Shown here: positions 45,701 to 53,874 of the stretch, piece after piece
How the letters are laid out: each line of letters opens with the position of its first letter
Numbering within the stretch: position 1 is the first letter of the stretch
Virus record (IMG/VR): IMGVR_UViG_3300029555_000004
Source of the DNA: a virus
Length of the DNA stretch: 64,000 nucleotides
Reading direction: 5' to 3' (one strand)
Position numbers and translations under genes: made by a program
Notes under the pieces: model-generated
Seen by the model: only the letters and a program-made list of their open reading frames with translations
What the model was told of the DNA's origin: nothing
Database searches by the model: none

Positions 45701-46648
45701 GGACAGACACAATCCGATATTTTCAACAAACTTACCAATGGCGGCAAGGCACAGGGGATTTACTTGGATGAAAATGGAAATGTCTATGTAAACGGGAAAT
45801 TTATTAAAGCGTTGAGCATAGCCACTAATGCTCTAGCAGCTGGTTCTATTACCACAGAAAAATTAGATGCTAAGGCGGTCACGGCTGAAAAAATGTCCTT
45901 GAATGAGCTTGCGGCAATTGGAGCCACTATAGGCGGATTTACGATTCAAAACAACAGAATTTATAATAAAAAAAATGGAACCCTACAGATTTCCGCAGGA
46001 AATGAATATAACGCTCCCTCAGTACTTGCTATGGATGCACAAGGACAATTTATTAAATACAGTGCAAGCGGTATTGAATCTTCTTACACTAATTCTCTAA
46101 AATTAACGCCACATAATACAACTACAGAAGAAGGATTTACAGACGGTTCAAAACATTATCTGGGAAGAACACAATTCAATTCAGATGTTAGTATTTTTGG
46201 CGATTTTAAGGTTTCTGGAACAAAATCCATAATAGCTGACACTGAAAACTATGGAGAACAGCTATTTTACTGCTACGAGACTCCAACTCCAACTCTGGGA
46301 GATTTTGGCGGTGGCGTAATCGGAGATGACGGAATCGCAATCATTATGATTGATGATATATTTCAGGAATCGACCGACACAGGAATCGAGTATTATGTGT
46401 TCTTACAAAACGAGGGGGAGGGAAAAACATGGATAGCTAAAAAGACAAATACTTATTTCACAGTAAAAGGAACACCTGGCTTACATTTTGCATGGGAGCT
46501 GAAGGCAAAGCAGAAGAACAAAGAATTTATACGTTTTAATGCAGGAAAAGAAGATAGAGAAGTTAATTTCCGATTGAACGACATTGAGAATGAAATGTTC
46601 TCGGAAAGAGAAAAATTAATTTCAGAAATGGAAGGAGAATTATTATGA
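42779..46648 (+). CDS. large tail tip / baseplate-fiber protein (1289 aa)
   Basis: Size and position. Central coiled coil. Four spaced (H/Y)EGDLW-like or IGDLW motifs, as seen in phage fiber repeats. Confidence 0.6.
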   Translation: MRNLSTEFKEQQNSGNRNYLKYADFTFTDGSTLSITDKDLWSNGFKFEDAVSQSGSFDIGAAIVNKLTLQINNFSGKYTDYIWDGARVVCHIGLELSTGIEKIRICTMTVTDAPYQNTAIISLTCEDSMRLFDRDYSESKLTYPATRLQIIQDACEVCGVTLQSTRFDNDDFVIQNRPDDSSITFRQVIAWVAQMGCQWAKTDAYGRLCLDWYKNEVPENFYNKAEVPWNDIEGKDILDTAGAQIITVMQKGITAIDTNGFTPWLYDVEITGIKVAEYVENSSKNEAKTYQSGKTGYVIEISDNKLIQEGSGEKICQIIADRCVGLKFRPFTTGALTNIAWEAGDTIEISDRNGKQYKSFLTSVTLNPGAFEQLECSAKSVSRNKQKQYTLNQQMQAENKKNLKDERTAREKALEELSQRLAESSGTYTTVETQPDGSKIYYLHNKPQLSDSDIIWKMTAEAWAVSTDGGQHWNGGMTVDGDVIARILTATGVNADWINTGTIKAIDKDGNTTFLVDVTTGRVVINADSVQVKGKDVNAIAKEKAETEVNNFISNTYTTDINNLQSQIDGQIETFFYDYEPTLQNIPASGWTTNEERKKHEGDLFYWKSKGYAYRFMQDGATWKWQLVQDTDITLALAAAEKAQDTADHKRRVFVVQPEPPYDIGDLWTQGKTGDLMRCKVARASGSYSGDDWEKASKYTDDSTFNTFLDGVFKDTINNLKTQIDGKIETWYQPNDPSVKWTKTEELPWCDIDGNKILDESGNEIVLIWESEKAEHEGDLWHNTSDNTQWIYKSGIWQPQSIPDELLDKIDGKSSVYMVQPKPPYYEGDLWVTTNSEGKASLKTSTVNRVGGAFDASDWIDFKYADKDDIKNAIDKYDTSLGQDEVFNKLTKGGTEQGIYIKDGKVYINAKYILAGLLAGERINGRGLKVIDDDNNVTLEIDSNGNVILAPKTFSLQGKTVKEIADSSASTAVSGQTQSDIFNKLTNGGKAQGIYLDENGNVYVNGKFIKALSIATNALAAGSITTEKLDAKAVTAEKMSLNELAAIGATIGGFTIQNNRIYNKKNGTLQISAGNEYNAPSVLAMDAQGQFIKYSASGIESSYTNSLKLTPHNTTTEEGFTDGSKHYLGRTQFNSDVSIFGDFKVSGTKSIIADTENYGEQLFYCYETPTPTLGDFGGGVIGDDGIAIIMIDDIFQESTDTGIEYYVFLQNEGEGKTWIAKKTNTYFTVKGTPGLHFAWELKAKQKNKEFIRFNAGKEDREVNFRLNDIENEMFSEREKLISEMEGELL

Positions 46649-46851
46649 GCCAGATTAAAAAACTTACATCATTTATGAAACTGTCAACAGGTGAGGGCGA
46701 TAGAATCGCTTTTACCTATTCAACAATTGATACCGAAAGCGGAAAGGTTTTGAGTCAGAATGAGAAAGGAAATTTTCTCATTTTTGACGATGGGCTTTCG
46801 GCAAATATTAAGGCGATTGAAGACTATATCAATAAAAATCAATTGAATTAA
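46645..46851 (+). CDS. hypothetical tail-module protein
   Basis: ORF track. ATGA overlap with the previous gene. Confidence 0.5.
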   Translation: MSQIKKLTSFMKLSTGEGDRIAFTYSTIDTESGKVLSQNEKGNFLIFDDGLSANIKAIEDYINKNQLN

Positions 46852-46865
46852 AGGAGGACAACCAC

Positions 46866-47843
46866 ATGCCAAAATGGACTGAATACACATCAAAAGATAC
46901 GTTAGCGGAAAATGACGAAGTAATGCTTTATGACGCAACAGGGAAAGTGAACAAACGAATGAAATTCTCCACAATTTACAGCTGGTTCAAAAGTAAATTT
47001 GTAATCGAGCAGATTAATCACAACATCCCCCGAACCACTCCAAAAGACATTACCACCTATTACAACGATGGTTCACTCTGGAAACGTTTAAATGGTACGG
47101 ATGGTTATTCGCTTTTTGAAGATATTTTTGTAGGCGATTACATTAAAATGAGCCGACCAATATCCGCGAAAAATCCAGATTCTTCATTACAGCTTACTGG
47201 TTCGCAGTATGTCACTATTATTGGAATTGATAGCCTTTCCGGTAACGGTGACAATATTTCAATGCAATATCACCACTTGGTAATGGCACCTGGACAAGGC
47301 TTTGGCGGAACACAGCATTTTGGCAGAAACCGAATGAATCCAACAAATACAACAGAAGGCGGCTATGTTGGAAGTGAGATGAATAAAAAGGTTATTGGAG
47401 ATGTAGCTACGGCTGGATCTACAGCAGATGGAGCGACAATAAACCAACAATTATATGCAGAGTTTGGCTCTCATTTAAAAACAACAAGAGAATTACTTTC
47501 AAATGCAATTAACGCAACTGGAGTAAACCGTTTTGGAACGGCAAATGGATGCTCAAATAATTGGGCTTGGGCAGATGTCCAAGCAGTATTAATGAGTGAA
47601 ATCGAAGTGTACGGCTCAATTGTTTGGTCTTCCTCTGGATATGATACCGGAAATGCAAATCATCAATTTGAGTTATTCGCAAATTCTGTTTCAGCAATAA
47701 ATAATCGTTCGGCATGGTACTGGCTAAAGGATGTTGCGTCTGCGTCGTATTTCTGCCTTTGCAACAGCCGTGGCAATGCCGGCCACGACGACGCGTCTGG
47801 TGCCTACGACTGTGTTCGGCCTCGCTTCGTAATCGCAGCGTAG
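46866..47843 (+). CDS. receptor-binding-like protein
   Basis: 325 aa. Its C-terminus (WYWLKDVASASYFCLCNSRGNAGHDDASGAYDCVRPRFVIAA) is paralogous to that of 24605..26044. Confidence 0.45.
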   Translation: MPKWTEYTSKDTLAENDEVMLYDATGKVNKRMKFSTIYSWFKSKFVIEQINHNIPRTTPKDITTYYNDGSLWKRLNGTDGYSLFEDIFVGDYIKMSRPISAKNPDSSLQLTGSQYVTIIGIDSLSGNGDNISMQYHHLVMAPGQGFGGTQHFGRNRMNPTNTTEGGYVGSEMNKKVIGDVATAGSTADGATINQQLYAEFGSHLKTTRELLSNAINATGVNRFGTANGCSNNWAWADVQAVLMSEIEVYGSIVWSSSGYDTGNANHQFELFANSVSAINNRSAWYWLKDVASASYFCLCNSRGNAGHDDASGAYDCVRPRFVIAA

Positions 47844-47915
47844 CGAATCTGGAATCTGCACCCTTTATGGGTGCGGATGGAAGATGTTTTAATAAAAAGA
47901 TAAAAGGAAATAAAA

Positions 47916-48062
47916 ATGGCAGTATTAAATAATTTAAGAAATCTCTCTGAAATGGAATTTTATAAAAATGCCATTAAAATGAGAGTCAATTTAACAAATT
48001 GGCTTCTTCGCGATTTTGGAACAAAACGGAATCCACGTTCCGTTACAAAGGTTAAAATATAA
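47916..48062 (+). CDS. small ORF (48 aa), possibly a truncated helical accessory protein
   Basis: MAVLNNLRNLSEMEFYKNAIKMRVNLTNWLLRDFGTKRNPRSVTKVKI. AAGGA RBS. Confidence 0.35.
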   Translation: MAVLNNLRNLSEMEFYKNAIKMRVNLTNWLLRDFGTKRNPRSVTKVKI

Positions 48063-48133
48063 TTGTAAATTGAAAATCCATAACACAGATAAAATATATG
48101 AAAATTTATTTAAAGAAAGCGAGGAATATAACG

Positions 48134-48370
48134 ATGAATGGAGAAAACACGAAAAAAGAAAATCTGGAAGCAAGGTTGCGAGAGCTAAGGTCAAAACTAC
48201 AAGCTAATACTTCAGAATTAGGAGACTGGAAAGTTATCAAAGCTCTTGAGTATCAACTGGCTGGAAAATTAATTCCGTATGACATGAGCCAACTCAACAG
48301 TGAAAGGCAAGCAATTAGAGATGAAATAAACCAAATTGAATCTTCTTTGGCATTATTGCAGGAAGAGTAA
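48134..48370 (+). CDS. small coiled-coil protein, paralog of 26063..26257
   Basis: ORF track 48098..48370. Start moved to ATG 48134 behind GAGGAA. Confidence 0.45.
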   Translation: MNGENTKKENLEARLRELRSKLQANTSELGDWKVIKALEYQLAGKLIPYDMSQLNSERQAIRDEINQIESSLALLQEE

Positions 48371-48391
48371 GCAAATGAAAGGAGACCACAC

Positions 48392-49198
48392 ATGAATATT
48401 AACACCTCATTAATCAGCAACAACAACAGCTACGCAGGACAAACACCTCGGTATATTGTCATTCACAATACAGATAATATCGCCAAGACAGCAGATGCCA
48501 AAGCACACGCCACTGCACAGCATAATGGCAATTTTCATGGCTATTCAGCCCATGTATTCGTGGACGATAAATCAGCATACCAAGCCTTGCCGTATAATCG
48601 TGGAGCATGGCATGTTGGGGTAAATTACGGCGGTAAGCTTTTTGGAACTGTAAACAATCACAACTCTATTGGAATTGAAATGTGCATGAATGCCGGCTAT
48701 AACTACGAAAAGGCATTCCAAAATACCGTTGATGTATGTAAGCAGCTTATGAAAAAATACGGAATCCCAGCAAGCCGAGTAGTGCAGCACTACGATGTAT
48801 GCGCTAAGAATTGCCCTTCCGTTATCCGTGGAAAGGGTGACTGGAATAGATTTAAGAAGCTTATTTCCAGTGAAACCGTGACAGTTCCAACCACAAAGCC
48901 GACAGTAAAGGTTGACAAGTATTACCGTGTCCGCAAGACCTGGAAGGATTCCAAGAGCCAGATCGGGGCGTACAAGTCACTCAAAAATGCAAAGAAAGCT
49001 TGCAAAGCCGGTTATTCTGTTTTTGACTGGAATGGAAAAGCAGTGTATTCCTTGACAGCAAAGAAAAGTATAGCCCAGGTTGCAAAAGAAGTCATTAACG
49101 GCGAGTGGGGAAACGGACAGGATAGACGAGACCGTCTGGAATCAGCTGGCTACAATTACACAGAAGTGCAGAATGCAGTAAACAAACTTCTTAAATAA
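48392..49198 (+). CDS. endolysin: N-acetylmuramoyl-L-alanine amidase with a C-terminal cell-wall-binding region
   Basis: YIVIHNTDN..SAHVFVDD..AWHVG..NSIGIEMC..VVQHYDV..KNCP is an Amidase_2/PGRP pattern. C-terminal VINGEWGNGQDRRDRLESAGYNYTEVQNAVNKLL is a Cpl-7-like repeat. Confidence 0.85.
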   Translation: MNINTSLISNNNSYAGQTPRYIVIHNTDNIAKTADAKAHATAQHNGNFHGYSAHVFVDDKSAYQALPYNRGAWHVGVNYGGKLFGTVNNHNSIGIEMCMNAGYNYEKAFQNTVDVCKQLMKKYGIPASRVVQHYDVCAKNCPSVIRGKGDWNRFKKLISSETVTVPTTKPTVKVDKYYRVRKTWKDSKSQIGAYKSLKNAKKACKAGYSVFDWNGKAVYSLTAKKSIAQVAKEVINGEWGNGQDRRDRLESAGYNYTEVQNAVNKLLK

Positions 49199-49206
49199 CA
49201 AAAACA

Positions 49207-49227
49207 CTCCCGGGGTTTTCCCGGGAG
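49207..49227. terminator. shared hairpin between the convergent endolysin and response-regulator genes
   Basis: CTCCCGG-GGTTTTC-CCGGGAG. The T-run is on the minus-strand side. Confidence 0.5.
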
Positions 49228-49929
49228 CTACTTAAAAATAGTATATTCTTCAAATTCGTTTCTTATTTTTGCAAAGTCTTTTCTTCTGATTGGCACCGTA
49301 GTTCCAGAAAACATAAGGAACGAATCGTTTATTTCTTTTACCTCGTCCATGTTTATTATGTAGCTCTGGTGGCATCTCAAAAATCTGGAATCTAGTAATT
49401 CTTCAATATCGGATAGTTTACATCGTTCCGTATAAACTATACCGCAAGTGCAGTGAATAATGATGTATTTGTTTCGACTCTCAATATATTCGATATTTTG
49501 AAATTCCACCCGATGAATAAAGTCTTTTCCTTTTATCATAAGAGTGCTTTTGCTGATATGTTCCAGAGCATGATTGAAAGCAGTATACATTCTGCCGTTT
49601 TCAGATCCTTTTATGATATAGTGAACCGGGAGTATATCAAGAGCTTCAAAAACATACTCTTTGTGGGCTGTCCAGAAAATAATATTTCCATCATAGCCAT
49701 TTAATCTCAATTCCTTTGCAACTTCAATTCCATTTTCTTCTCTCAAAACGATATCCAAAACTACAATATCATACCATTCGCCATCTGCCACATCATCAAT
49801 AAGTGGCTGTCCTTTATCATACGGAGTAATCAATGCTTTTATATCACCATTTCGTTTGAGAAAATTATTAATCCGATGCATAAATATACCAATCTGGATT
49901 TCGTTATCATCACATATTGCAATTCGCAT
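49228..49929 (-). CDS. LytTR/AgrA-family response regulator (REC + LytTR)
   Basis: MRIAICDDNE..DIVVLDI.. is a receiver domain. C-terminal ..FLRCHQSYIINMDEV..VPIRR.. is a LytTR DNA-binding domain. Confidence 0.8.
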   Translation of the reverse strand: MRIAICDDNEIQIGIFMHRINNFLKRNGDIKALITPYDKGQPLIDDVADGEWYDIVVLDIVLREENGIEVAKELRLNGYDGNIIFWTAHKEYVFEALDILPVHYIIKGSENGRMYTAFNHALEHISKSTLMIKGKDFIHRVEFQNIEYIESRNKYIIIHCTCGIVYTERCKLSDIEELLDSRFLRCHQSYIINMDEVKEINDSFLMFSGTTVPIRRKDFAKIRNEFEEYTIFK

Positions 49930-50055
49930 TCAAATCATCCCTTTTCATGTAAAATTCGCCACCAGAGGTGCTAATTTCGCCATTTACTGTGTAATTGTAT
50001 ATTTTTTGATACAATATTATCGTACCACATAAGAAAGATAGTGTAAAGAGGCTGT

Positions 50056-50415
50056 ATGATGGAAAGATGTAAGAAGATAGCGATTATCTTAATATTGATG
50101 TTTGTGCATGTGTTTATTGGGATTCATATGTATTTCAGCCCAGAGCGTAGTATTATCTTTGGGAGGGTTAAAACTATCGCAAACATGGTGACGGAAATCA
50201 AAAGCAATCCAAATGAGCACAAAAAATCCCTCGATTCCAGAAACCCAGCCTCTTTATTTCTATCTACATATATAACGAATGAAAAGTACCAAAATCACAA
50301 TATCTATACTGAAAAAATCATAATTTGCAATAATATCGAGGAAAAGCAACTTGCCAGAAAGGACTTGAGTGGAGATGATTCCGTTCCGTTATATGGTTAT
50401 GAAAACATGATATAA
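50056..50415 (+). CDS. single-pass membrane protein
   Basis: ORF track. N-terminal TM IAIILILMFVHVFIGIHMYF. Confidence 0.5.
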   Translation: MMERCKKIAIILILMFVHVFIGIHMYFSPERSIIFGRVKTIANMVTEIKSNPNEHKKSLDSRNPASLFLSTYITNEKYQNHNIYTEKIIICNNIEEKQLARKDLSGDDSVPLYGYENMI

Positions 50416-50460
50416 TTTAATGAATGAGAACAAATGTTTGGAACATTGGGAGGGATTTAC

Positions 50461-50562
50461 GTGGATTACAAGAAAGAAATTATTAAATTATTAGACAAAT
50501 TAGACGAAAGAAAACTTACACTTGTATTTTGGCATATAAAAGGGCTTCTTGGAATCAAATAA
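50461..50562 (+). CDS. micro-ORF (33 aa, GTG start), paralog of 42180..42281
   Basis: GGGAGGG lies 6 nt before GTG 50461. Product: (M)DYKKEIIKLLDKLDERKLTLVFWHIKGLLGIK. Confidence 0.35.
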   Translation: MDYKKEIIKLLDKLDERKLTLVFWHIKGLLGIK

Positions 50563-50596
50563 AAAGAGGGACAGATTTTTTCTGCCCCTTTTCTTT

Positions 50597-50980
50597 TTAT
50601 TCATCATTCATTCCGACAAGTTCTTTTGCTTTTTGCTCAAGCAATTCCCACTCATCTGCGGTGAGGTTGGCTAAAACAGAGATTAATCTTTTCTTGAAAT
50701 TATCAGATTCACCACTCAGGGCTTCGCCCACAAATTTTTCAATCTGAATGTCTCTTGTGGTAGATTGTTTCATTGGTTCTTCACCAGTAAGAAGCCATTC
50801 TCTTCTTATTCCATATTTTGTACAAATCAGGCTTATTACTGCATCTGATGGAGTTCTTCTTCCAGATTCATAACTAGATATATTGGAAAGAGGAAGTTCT
50901 AACGCATCTGCAAATTCTTGCTGATTCTTTATATGGAATTCTTTTCGTATCCGTTTTAAACGGTCTTTCATTATCTTCAC
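50597..50980 (-). CDS. CI-like XRE-family repressor
   Basis: N-terminal HTH_3 (LKRIRKEFHIKNQQEFADALELPLSNISSYESGRRTP). Divergent from a Cro-like gene. Confidence 0.7.
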   Translation of the reverse strand: MKIMKDRLKRIRKEFHIKNQQEFADALELPLSNISSYESGRRTPSDAVISLICTKYGIRREWLLTGEEPMKQSTTRDIQIEKFVGEALSGESDNFKKRLISVLANLTADEWELLEQKAKELVGMNDE

Positions 50981-50993
50981 CTCCTTATTAAGT

Positions 50994-51105
50994 ATTGTAC
51001 ATCATAGCGAATAAGAAATCAACAATAAAAATTGTACAAAGTACAAAAATTACGCTTGACAGAAATTGTACGTAGTGATATATTAAGAATGTACAAAGTA
51101 CAAAA
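50994..51105. promoter_or_regulatory. divergent promoter/operator region of the CI/Cro-like switch
   Basis: Rightward: TTGACA (51056-51061), 17-nt spacer, TG-a-TATATT (51076-51084). Leftward (minus strand): TTGATT (51017-51022), 17-nt spacer, TACAAT (50994-50999). TGTACAAAGTACAAAA occurs at 51033-51048 and 51090-51105. TTGTAC(A/G) occurs at 50995 and 51066. Confidence 0.6.
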
Positions 51106-51161
51106 CACTTTGCCGATTAAATAAACAGGGCGACCTACAAAAAAGGGAGGAGGGGAACAAA

Positions 51162-51359
51162 GTGCTGAATAACTTGAAAAAAGTTCTTGACGATAAAGGA
51201 ATCACAATTAGAGCTTTTGCAAAAGTTTTGGAAGTCGATGAGAGGACAATACAGAACAAGTTAAAAGGGAAAACGCCTTTTACTTATCCAGAAGTGGTAA
51301 TTGCGAAAAAAGAACTTTTTCCAGAATATGACATGGAATACTTATTCAGAGATGAATAA
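51162..51359 (+). CDS. Cro-like HTH protein (GTG start)
   Basis: GGGAGGAGGGG RBS. ITIRAFAKVLEVDERTIQNKLKG is an HTH. Confidence 0.55.
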   Translation: MLNNLKKVLDDKGITIRAFAKVLEVDERTIQNKLKGKTPFTYPEVVIAKKELFPEYDMEYLFRDE

Positions 51360-51362
51360 CAA

Positions 51363-51396
51363 AAAGTCGACAGGAGTGCTGTCCTATCGACTTTTG
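51363..51396 (+). terminator. intrinsic terminator
   Basis: AAAGTCGA..(inner AGGA/TCCT)..TCGACTTT, then a short T-run. Confidence 0.5.
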
Positions 51397-51757
51397 CCTA
51401 AATTTGTTTACCCTATGTGTTTTGCAGACCGATTGCGTACTTGCTTTCAGCCACATTCTCAGCACCAAATGTTTCCTTGAAACACTTCGCCACTTACGCA
51501 GTTTTGGTTCTGCGATTGAGTTAAAAAGTTTAGCTGCCCATTAGTTGACGAATGTAGGAATTTTGTTCAATACGGTGAACGAAATTGCTTAACGTACTTT
51601 GGTAACGCAGTTTACTCTGCTTGCGACCTACAATAAGGAACAGGGCAAATTCAAAAGTTTGGTCAAAATACACAGCTCCTTTCATTGCCCATTATCAGGG
51701 AATGAAATAATTTTAACACATAGGAAAAATATTTTCAACATAAAGTGAGGTGAAATT

Positions 51758-51934
51758 ATGTCAGAAAAAGAAAAAAAAATCATTGAATCAATCGCTAAAG
51801 CCGTTCCGAATATGTCTGAATTTGACAAAGGATATTTCCTTGGAGTTGGCGAGACAATTGCCAAATACAAAAACAATGGCAAAGAAGAAAAAGTTGAGAA
51901 AAAGACTGAGAAAGGAGAAGGAGGAAAATCATAG
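51758..51934 (+). CDS. small Lys/Glu-rich protein (58 aa)
   Basis: Hand-translated MSEKEKKIIESIAKAVPNMSEFDKGYFLGVGETIAKYKNNGKEEK... behind GAGGTG. Preferred over track ORF 51750..51956. Confidence 0.45.
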   Translation: MSEKEKKIIESIAKAVPNMSEFDKGYFLGVGETIAKYKNNGKEEKVEKKTEKGEGGKS

Positions 51935-52590
51935 ACGATTTAGTTTATCTTCGTAATGAAGAAGCTGTCTGTGATAGTTTACAGGTGGCTGAGAAATTCG
52001 TGAAAAGACACGCTGACGTAATTAGATCAATTGAAAATCTCATAAGAAATGACTCAACGCAAAATTGCGTTCAGTGATTCAAACAAGTTTCGTACAAGGA
52101 TGATACAGGAAAAAAGAACAAAATGTATCTTATGAACCGTGACGGATTTACATTCTTAGTAATGGGATTTACTGGCAAGAAAGCGAATGAATGGAAATGG
52201 AAATACATAAAAGCTTTTAACCAGATGGAGAATTTCATCCGTGAGAAATCAACTCAAGTTTGGGTTGAAACTAGAAAAGCCGGGAAACTTACCAGAAAGG
52301 CAGAAACAGATACCATTCAGAAACTTGTTGAATACGCCAAAGTACAGGGAAGCAGTCATGCAGAAATGCTTTACATGACATATTCCAAATTAGCAAACAA
52401 GATGGCGGGAATTAATAAGAGAGATGAAGCTACGGTAATGCAACTCAACAACCTGTCCTTGATGGAAAATATTATCTTACATGAAATTGATCTCGGAATC
52501 ATGCAAGGAAAACATTATAAGGAAATATACAAAGACTGCAAGAAGAGATTGGAGACAGTTAAAGATTTGGCTTATCTGGAAGCAGTTTGA
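51931..52590 (+). pseudogene. Rha-family phage regulatory protein with an ATA in place of the start and an in-frame TGA
   Basis: Frame 1 reads (ATA)DDLVYLRNEEAVCDSLQVAEKFVKRHADVIRSIENL...CVQ-TGA(52075-52077)-FKQVSYKDDTGKKNKMYLMNRDGFTFLVMGFTGKKANEWKWKYIKAFNQME. AGGAGG lies 6 nt before the ATA. Confidence 0.55.
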
Positions 52591-52617
52591 GAGGAAATTT
52601 CATAAGGAGGTGAGAAA

Positions 52618-52824
52618 GTGAATATCCAAAACGAGACTATTGTGAAGTTCAAAAACGGAACAGAGTTACATATGCCTTCTAGTATATACGAAAAAATTTC
52701 TTTCGATAAAGATTCAATTATGGAGCTTAAGTGGGAAGAAAATGGCATGGACTACAAGGTACAGTTTTTCTTTGGTGATGTACTCTATATTGCGAAGACA
52801 ACACAGAGTACATCTAAAAGTTAA
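52618..52824 (+). CDS. hypothetical protein (GTG start)
   Basis: ORF track. AAGGAGGTG RBS. Confidence 0.5.
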   Translation: MNIQNETIVKFKNGTELHMPSSIYEKISFDKDSIMELKWEENGMDYKVQFFFGDVLYIAKTTQSTSKS

Positions 52825-53033
52825 AATGGTCGTTTGACAGAAGAACAATTGTTTACTTTCTTTTTATCCAACTCATTAAGAAAGTAATTCTCATCATGGG
52901 AATTGAGAAGTTTGGAAAAATCTGTACGATATTTAAAATATTTTTGACAGATATGAGAATCATCTAAATTCCCTAGAAGCTCAGAACAAAGTTTGGCAAC
53001 AGCCAAGTCGTGAGCAATTTGAAAGTTATCCAT
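52821..53033 (-). CDS. hypothetical protein (70 aa)
   Basis: ORF track 52821..53099. Start moved to Met23 behind AAGGAG. Confidence 0.45.
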   Translation of the reverse strand: MDNFQIAHDLAVAKLCSELLGNLDDSHICQKYFKYRTDFSKLLNSHDENYFLNELDKKKVNNCSSVKRPF

Positions 53034-53086
53034 TATTAACATCTCCTTCCTAAAGGAGATTATATCATAGAATGGAGAAAAATTAT

Positions 53087-53311
53087 ATGAATGATACATA
53101 TAATGTTTTTTATTCTATTTTGGAAGAGCTCCAAGCTATTCACAATATCATGGAGCAGCCAAAAAAACGAGTTTCTAAAAAAGATAAGAAAAGCATCGAA
53201 AAACGCATTATTGATAGACCTCTTCTTGAACCTCAAAATTCTATGATGATGGAAAGAAAGGAGACTAATGAAAACATCAAAAATCGAAATCCGGCAAGTA
53301 AATGGCAATGA
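53087..53311 (+). CDS. hypothetical basic protein
   Basis: ORF track 53072..53311. ATG 53087 has a GGAG RBS. Confidence 0.45.
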   Translation: MNDTYNVFYSILEELQAIHNIMEQPKKRVSKKDKKSIEKRIIDRPLLEPQNSMMMERKETNENIKNRNPASKWQ

Positions 53312-53633
53312 AGGAATCTTCACAGAAATCCTTGTGGATGGTCACAAACTCGAAGGCGTAAGGAGTTTTGAGTTGAAACAGGGAGTTGGAGATTCAGAAC
53401 CTATACTTTCTATTGATCTGAATGCTTTAAATCTATCTACAGATTTGCAAATGTTGCAGGTGAACCAGAAAGGTATCGGGGAAATTGAGGGAATCAAGTT
53501 TAAAGACTCACCAAGGATGCTGGAATTCAACATACAAAAAGTAACGCACACGGCAAAAGTTGATAAGAAAATAATAGCCGAATGCGTTACAAGTGGAATT
53601 ACTTCTGCTGTTCAAAACTCAATTGATGATTAG
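53268..53633 (+). CDS. hypothetical protein
   Basis: ORF track. AAAGGAGA RBS. Confidence 0.5.
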   Translation: MKTSKIEIRQVNGNEGIFTEILVDGHKLEGVRSFELKQGVGDSEPILSIDLNALNLSTDLQMLQVNQKGIGEIEGIKFKDSPRMLEFNIQKVTHTAKVDKKIIAECVTSGITSAVQNSIDD

Positions 53634-53655
53634 AAATTATGGAGAGGGAAACACA

Positions 53656-53874
53656 ATGAATGTTGAAAAATATTTATCCGAAAAGCTGTCAAGCCATGAG
53701 GGACAGAAATATTTAGAATTTAGAAGAAGAAACGGACAGGAAGCAGAAGAACTCTACAAAAAAGTAAAAGATGAAATTGCCGAATGCCATCTGTCCGTTA
53801 CGGAAGCAAAAGGGTTCTTAGAATTTATGAAGTTGGTTATTGAAGAGCTTTCATATATTCCGGTCAAAGAATGA
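53656..53874 (+). CDS. hypothetical protein
   Basis: ORF track 53593..53874. Start moved to ATG 53656 behind GGAGAGGG. Confidence 0.5.
   Translation: MNVEKYLSEKLSSHEGQKYLEFRRRNGQEAEELYKKVKDEIAECHLSVTEAKGFLEFMKLVIEELSYIPVKE

Noticed and set aside
24605-48062. A complete diversity-generating retroelement.
   Set aside because: No ORF in the window has reverse-transcriptase motifs. I found no template repeat matching either GC-rich tip. Only VR-like composition is reported, as a hypothesis.
51033-51105. Similarity between the CI/Cro operators (TGTACAAAGTACAAAA) and the 3' ends of the pseudo-repeats upstream of the cas12-like gene (..GGTACAAAAG, ..AAGTACAAAT), suggesting repressor control of the CRISPR locus.
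   Set aside because: The shared core is only about 8 nt (GTACAAA plus context) in AT-rich DNA. That is too short to distinguish from chance without binding data.
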